DNA of 63,923 bases, filler included, from Octopus bimaculoides (lineage: Eukaryota), in NCBI RefSeq assembly GCF_001194135.2. It is 6 parts of 5 records of this genome, joined end to end, with 100 filler letters (N's around TTAATTAATTAA, not from the genome) between each part and the next. Parts side by side here need not be neighbours in the genome. Positions count along the whole stretch, not along the records: positions 56,804 to 61,647 come from NC_068982.1; positions 61,748 to 63,923 come from NC_068987.1; 4 more parts are not named here. One strand, written 5' to 3'. Positions 61,036 through 63,923 of this stretch are shown here, piece after piece. Made by a program: the position numbers and the translations under genes. The notes below the pieces were generated by a model. It was not told the origin of the DNA, did no database searches, and saw nothing but the letters and a program-made list of their open reading frames with translations. The number at the start of each line of letters is the position of its first letter. The stretch's first letter is position 1.

Positions 61036-61109
61036 GAAAGAAAGAAAGAAAGAAAGAAAGAAAATACAGAAAGAAAAGAAAGGAAGAAAGAAAGGAAGAA
61101 AGAAAGGAA

Positions 61110-61175
<66 letters not shown>

Positions 61176-61176
61176 G
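61036..61176. repeat. (GAAA)n tetranucleotide array
   Basis: Directly visible. Confidence 0.95.
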
Positions 61177-61747
61177 CTACAAAGATAAAGACGATTGACA
61201 GAAAGACGGGTGACAGGGGGGAAAAAAAGGGACAAAACGAAAAACAGAATGATCCACGAAGGGTTTAATCTTGATCTTTTGAACAACACCAATGTGGTCG
61301 TGGTCGTGGTTGTGGTTTGGTCTAGTATAGTGTGTAGTGTGTGTATGGTGCGATGCCATGTGGTGAGGGAATGGTATATAGCATGATGCTGGGCGGGAGA
61401 GCAAAGGGAATTTCCATTTGATATTAGATATATAACACGTCACACCCATCTAGTCATTCTCCCTCATACCTTCAACACAAGGCCCCTACCCAACGTTATT
61501 TTCTTTGCGTCTCTTTCTCTCTCTCTTCTTCTTCTTCTACTTCTTCTTCTTCTTCTTCTTTGTTTCTCCTTATCTTCACCCTCATTCACTTACGCTCAAA
61601 CACATATACGTATATATATACGTATATATATATACGTATATATATATNNNNNNNNNNNNNNNNNNNNNNNNNNNNNNNNNNNNNNNNNNNNTTAATTAAT
61701 TAANNNNNNNNNNNNNNNNNNNNNNNNNNNNNNNNNNNNNNNNNNNN

Positions 61748-61807
<60 letters not shown>

Positions 61808-61905
61808 TGGAGAGAGAGAGAGAGATAAAAAGAAGGAGAGATAGAGACATAAATGTTTATGTTTTGTGTTTATTTTGTATTTGTTAGAATCTCTATACGT
61901 GCAAT

Positions 61906-62100
61906 AAGGCGGTGAGCTGGCAGAAACGTTAGCACGCCGGGCTTAGCAGTATTTCGTCTGTCTTTACGTTCTTAGTGCAAATCCCGCAGAGGTCGACTTT
62001 GCCATGCATCCTTTCGAGATCAATAAATTCAGTACCAGTTGCGTACTGGGGATCGATCTAATCGACTAGCTACCTACCCAAAAAAATCGAGTAGGAAAGA
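61906..62100 (+). mobile_element. SINE family A
   Basis: AAGGCGGTGAGCTGGCAGAAACGTTAGCACGCCGG..GAGGTCGACTTTGCC..GTACCAGTT..ACTGGGG.TCGAT.TAATCGACT. Confidence 0.85.
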
Positions 62101-62159
62101 TTATTTTATATTACAGTTTATCATAGAGAAGTTGTAAGATTTATATTGGAAGTAAAAAA

Positions 62160-62355
62160 TGCGATTTGCTGGCTGAACAATTAGCATGTCGGACAAAATG
62201 CTTAGCGGCATTTTGTCCGTTTTTACGTTCTGAGTTCAAATTCCACCGCGGTCGACTTTGCCTTTCGTCCTTGCGGGTCGATAAAATAAGCACCAGTTGT
62301 GCACTGGGATTGATATAATCGACTTGTCCTCTTCTTATCTGAAATTCTGGTAAAA
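62160..62355 (+). mobile_element. SINE family A, tandem neighbour
   Basis: TTAGCATGTCGGACAAAATGCTTAGCGG..TTCTGAGTTCAAATTCC..GGTCGACTTTGCCTTTC..GGGTCGATAAAATAAG. Confidence 0.85.
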
Positions 62356-62699
62356 TTTGATACCAGCATCGGAAGTAAAGTGGAAGCAAGTTTCGAAGTT
62401 TACTGGATGTATTTCTGCGTATGGAGCCAACTTAGATGAAAAGTCGTAATTAGATGAACTCTGTAAAGACTTCTTGGTAAAACACCCAGAAGAAATGATG
62501 GCATTTAGAAGGCGGATGCACAAAGTAACCTTTGATTTTCGGAGGCCAGATTTACAGCAGTTACTCTAACAGTTGGCACAGATGTGTAAGCAGTTTTTAA
62601 GTAATGTAAACTGTGTTTTCTGCCTGTATGCTGCAGCTCAATTGGTGCTAAGGGATTTTTGACCGTGGACGAAATGTAAATGAACACGCTTAACAGGAT

Positions 62700-63300
62700 T
62701 CTATCAGTTACTTATTCAGCTTGTACAGATGTGTCAGTGAGGAAGTTCAAATTTTGCTAGAGATGGCAAGTAGACATTTCGAATTAATATAAGTTTCTAT
62801 GGAAGTAGAAACTGTCTTGATGTCTGGTATGTGCACATCGTTAGAGAGTTATCAGAAAATGCAATAAATGTAGGAAGAGTGGTGACTTGGTAAAGACTAA
62901 ATTTGGAGGTAATAAACAGTTCGGGAACGTTTAGTGTATGTACGTGTCTACCAAGAATATGTCTTTGTAATGATTCAAATTGTTACACAATGTTCTGGAT
63001 GTAAGACCTTTAAGATGTAAGAACCATGCTCAAGCAGAATCGATATGATTGAGGTTGTAAAGCCAAAGAAATTTTTCAGCAATAAGATCACTGGTGTCCA
63101 TGGTTCCAAAACAAGGGTGAAGTGAGATAGATTTGCTCGAATTAATTGTTCGCGGTTGAGAAAAGCGAGAAAGGATAGAATTAGCTGATAAATTCTGAGA
63201 TGTGGGGAGGAGGTATTTTCAGCGGAATGATAGCTAGTATCTGTGCTAATGTTATCTGGCTGATTGAGTTGAGTGTGTACACGTGTCTGTGGAGTGCTCA
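62700..63300 (-). mobile_element. Possible highly decayed Penelope-like RT remnant
   Basis: Scattered motif-like pieces in a plausible order (SFLAFLNR, GTMDT, SHHSSY, HTRHQDSF); weak. Confidence 0.25.
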
Positions 63301-63923
63301 GCCACTTGCACGTTAATTTCACGAGCAGGCTGTTCCGTTGATCGGATCAAATGGAACCCTCGACGTCGTAAGCGACGGAGTGCCAACAACAACAACATGT
63401 ATACAGAGATATCATCTTTCAGAGCAAAGTTCGACTGTTCATGGTAGACAAAACTACAGGAATCAGCTATACATAGAAGATAAAATAGCCATTTCCACAA
63501 GAGCTAGACTGTATGGTGTACGTACTAGTAAGCGGTATTGGGAGAGTTTCATTGTGGACTGAAATCCAGCAATGTTTACAAAGAGGAGTGGCCGTTGTGC
63601 GACGGATTAGGCATTATTATTTCTGTATTCAATTTCATTTTGGCTACTTCATTTGGTTTGGTTGTAAGAAAGGAAAGAGTATACGATGACCGATATCCTT
63701 TAAAAGACTACTGTAATTATTATGTTGGTATCGATTGATCCTCACATTGAAATAGATTTTATTGATTTGATTCTAGGTTATTTTCTGTAGACAATACAAT
63801 ATTAAGTCATGTGCTTGGCTTGTTTCCGCTTGGTTAATTTACACTCATATATGTGTATGTATATATATATGTGTTTGTGTGTGTAATATATGTATGTGCT
63901 TATATATATATATATATATATAT

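Overview
Eukaryotic, AT-rich, repeat-dominated scaffold with many N gaps. It is most likely octopus (cephalopod) DNA, inferred from the SINE families, microsatellite density and TE mix; I have not confirmed this by search. No host protein-coding gene could be supported. Most long ORFs in the track are microsatellite or N-gap artefacts, or decayed transposon frames. Contents: (1) 1-8.5 kb, a stack of same-orientation L1/Tx1-clade LINE copies (CCHC ORF1 plus EN/RT ORF2), one carrying two related solo-LTR-like insertions; (2) three decayed Tc1/mariner elements (maT-like, D,D34D mariner, D,D36E Tc1); (3) a non-autonomous Helitron with canonical ends; (4) Penelope-like (PLE) remnants and hammerhead-ribozyme-like motifs; (5) restriction-like-endonuclease (RLE) LINE ends of CRE and R4/Dong type in (TAA)n and (TACA)n microsatellites; (6) about 20 SINE copies, two palindromic MITEs and five artificial TTAATTAATTAA gap linkers. 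Best leads, all hypotheses: a ~350-bp hammerhead-bearing retrozyme/PLE-like unit at 42.6-43.2 kb, a covarying terminal hairpin in the solo LTRs, a splice-donor consensus overlapping the ORF1 stop in two diverged Tx1 copies, a D,D36E Tc1, and a telomere-repeat-loop hairpin in the Helitron.
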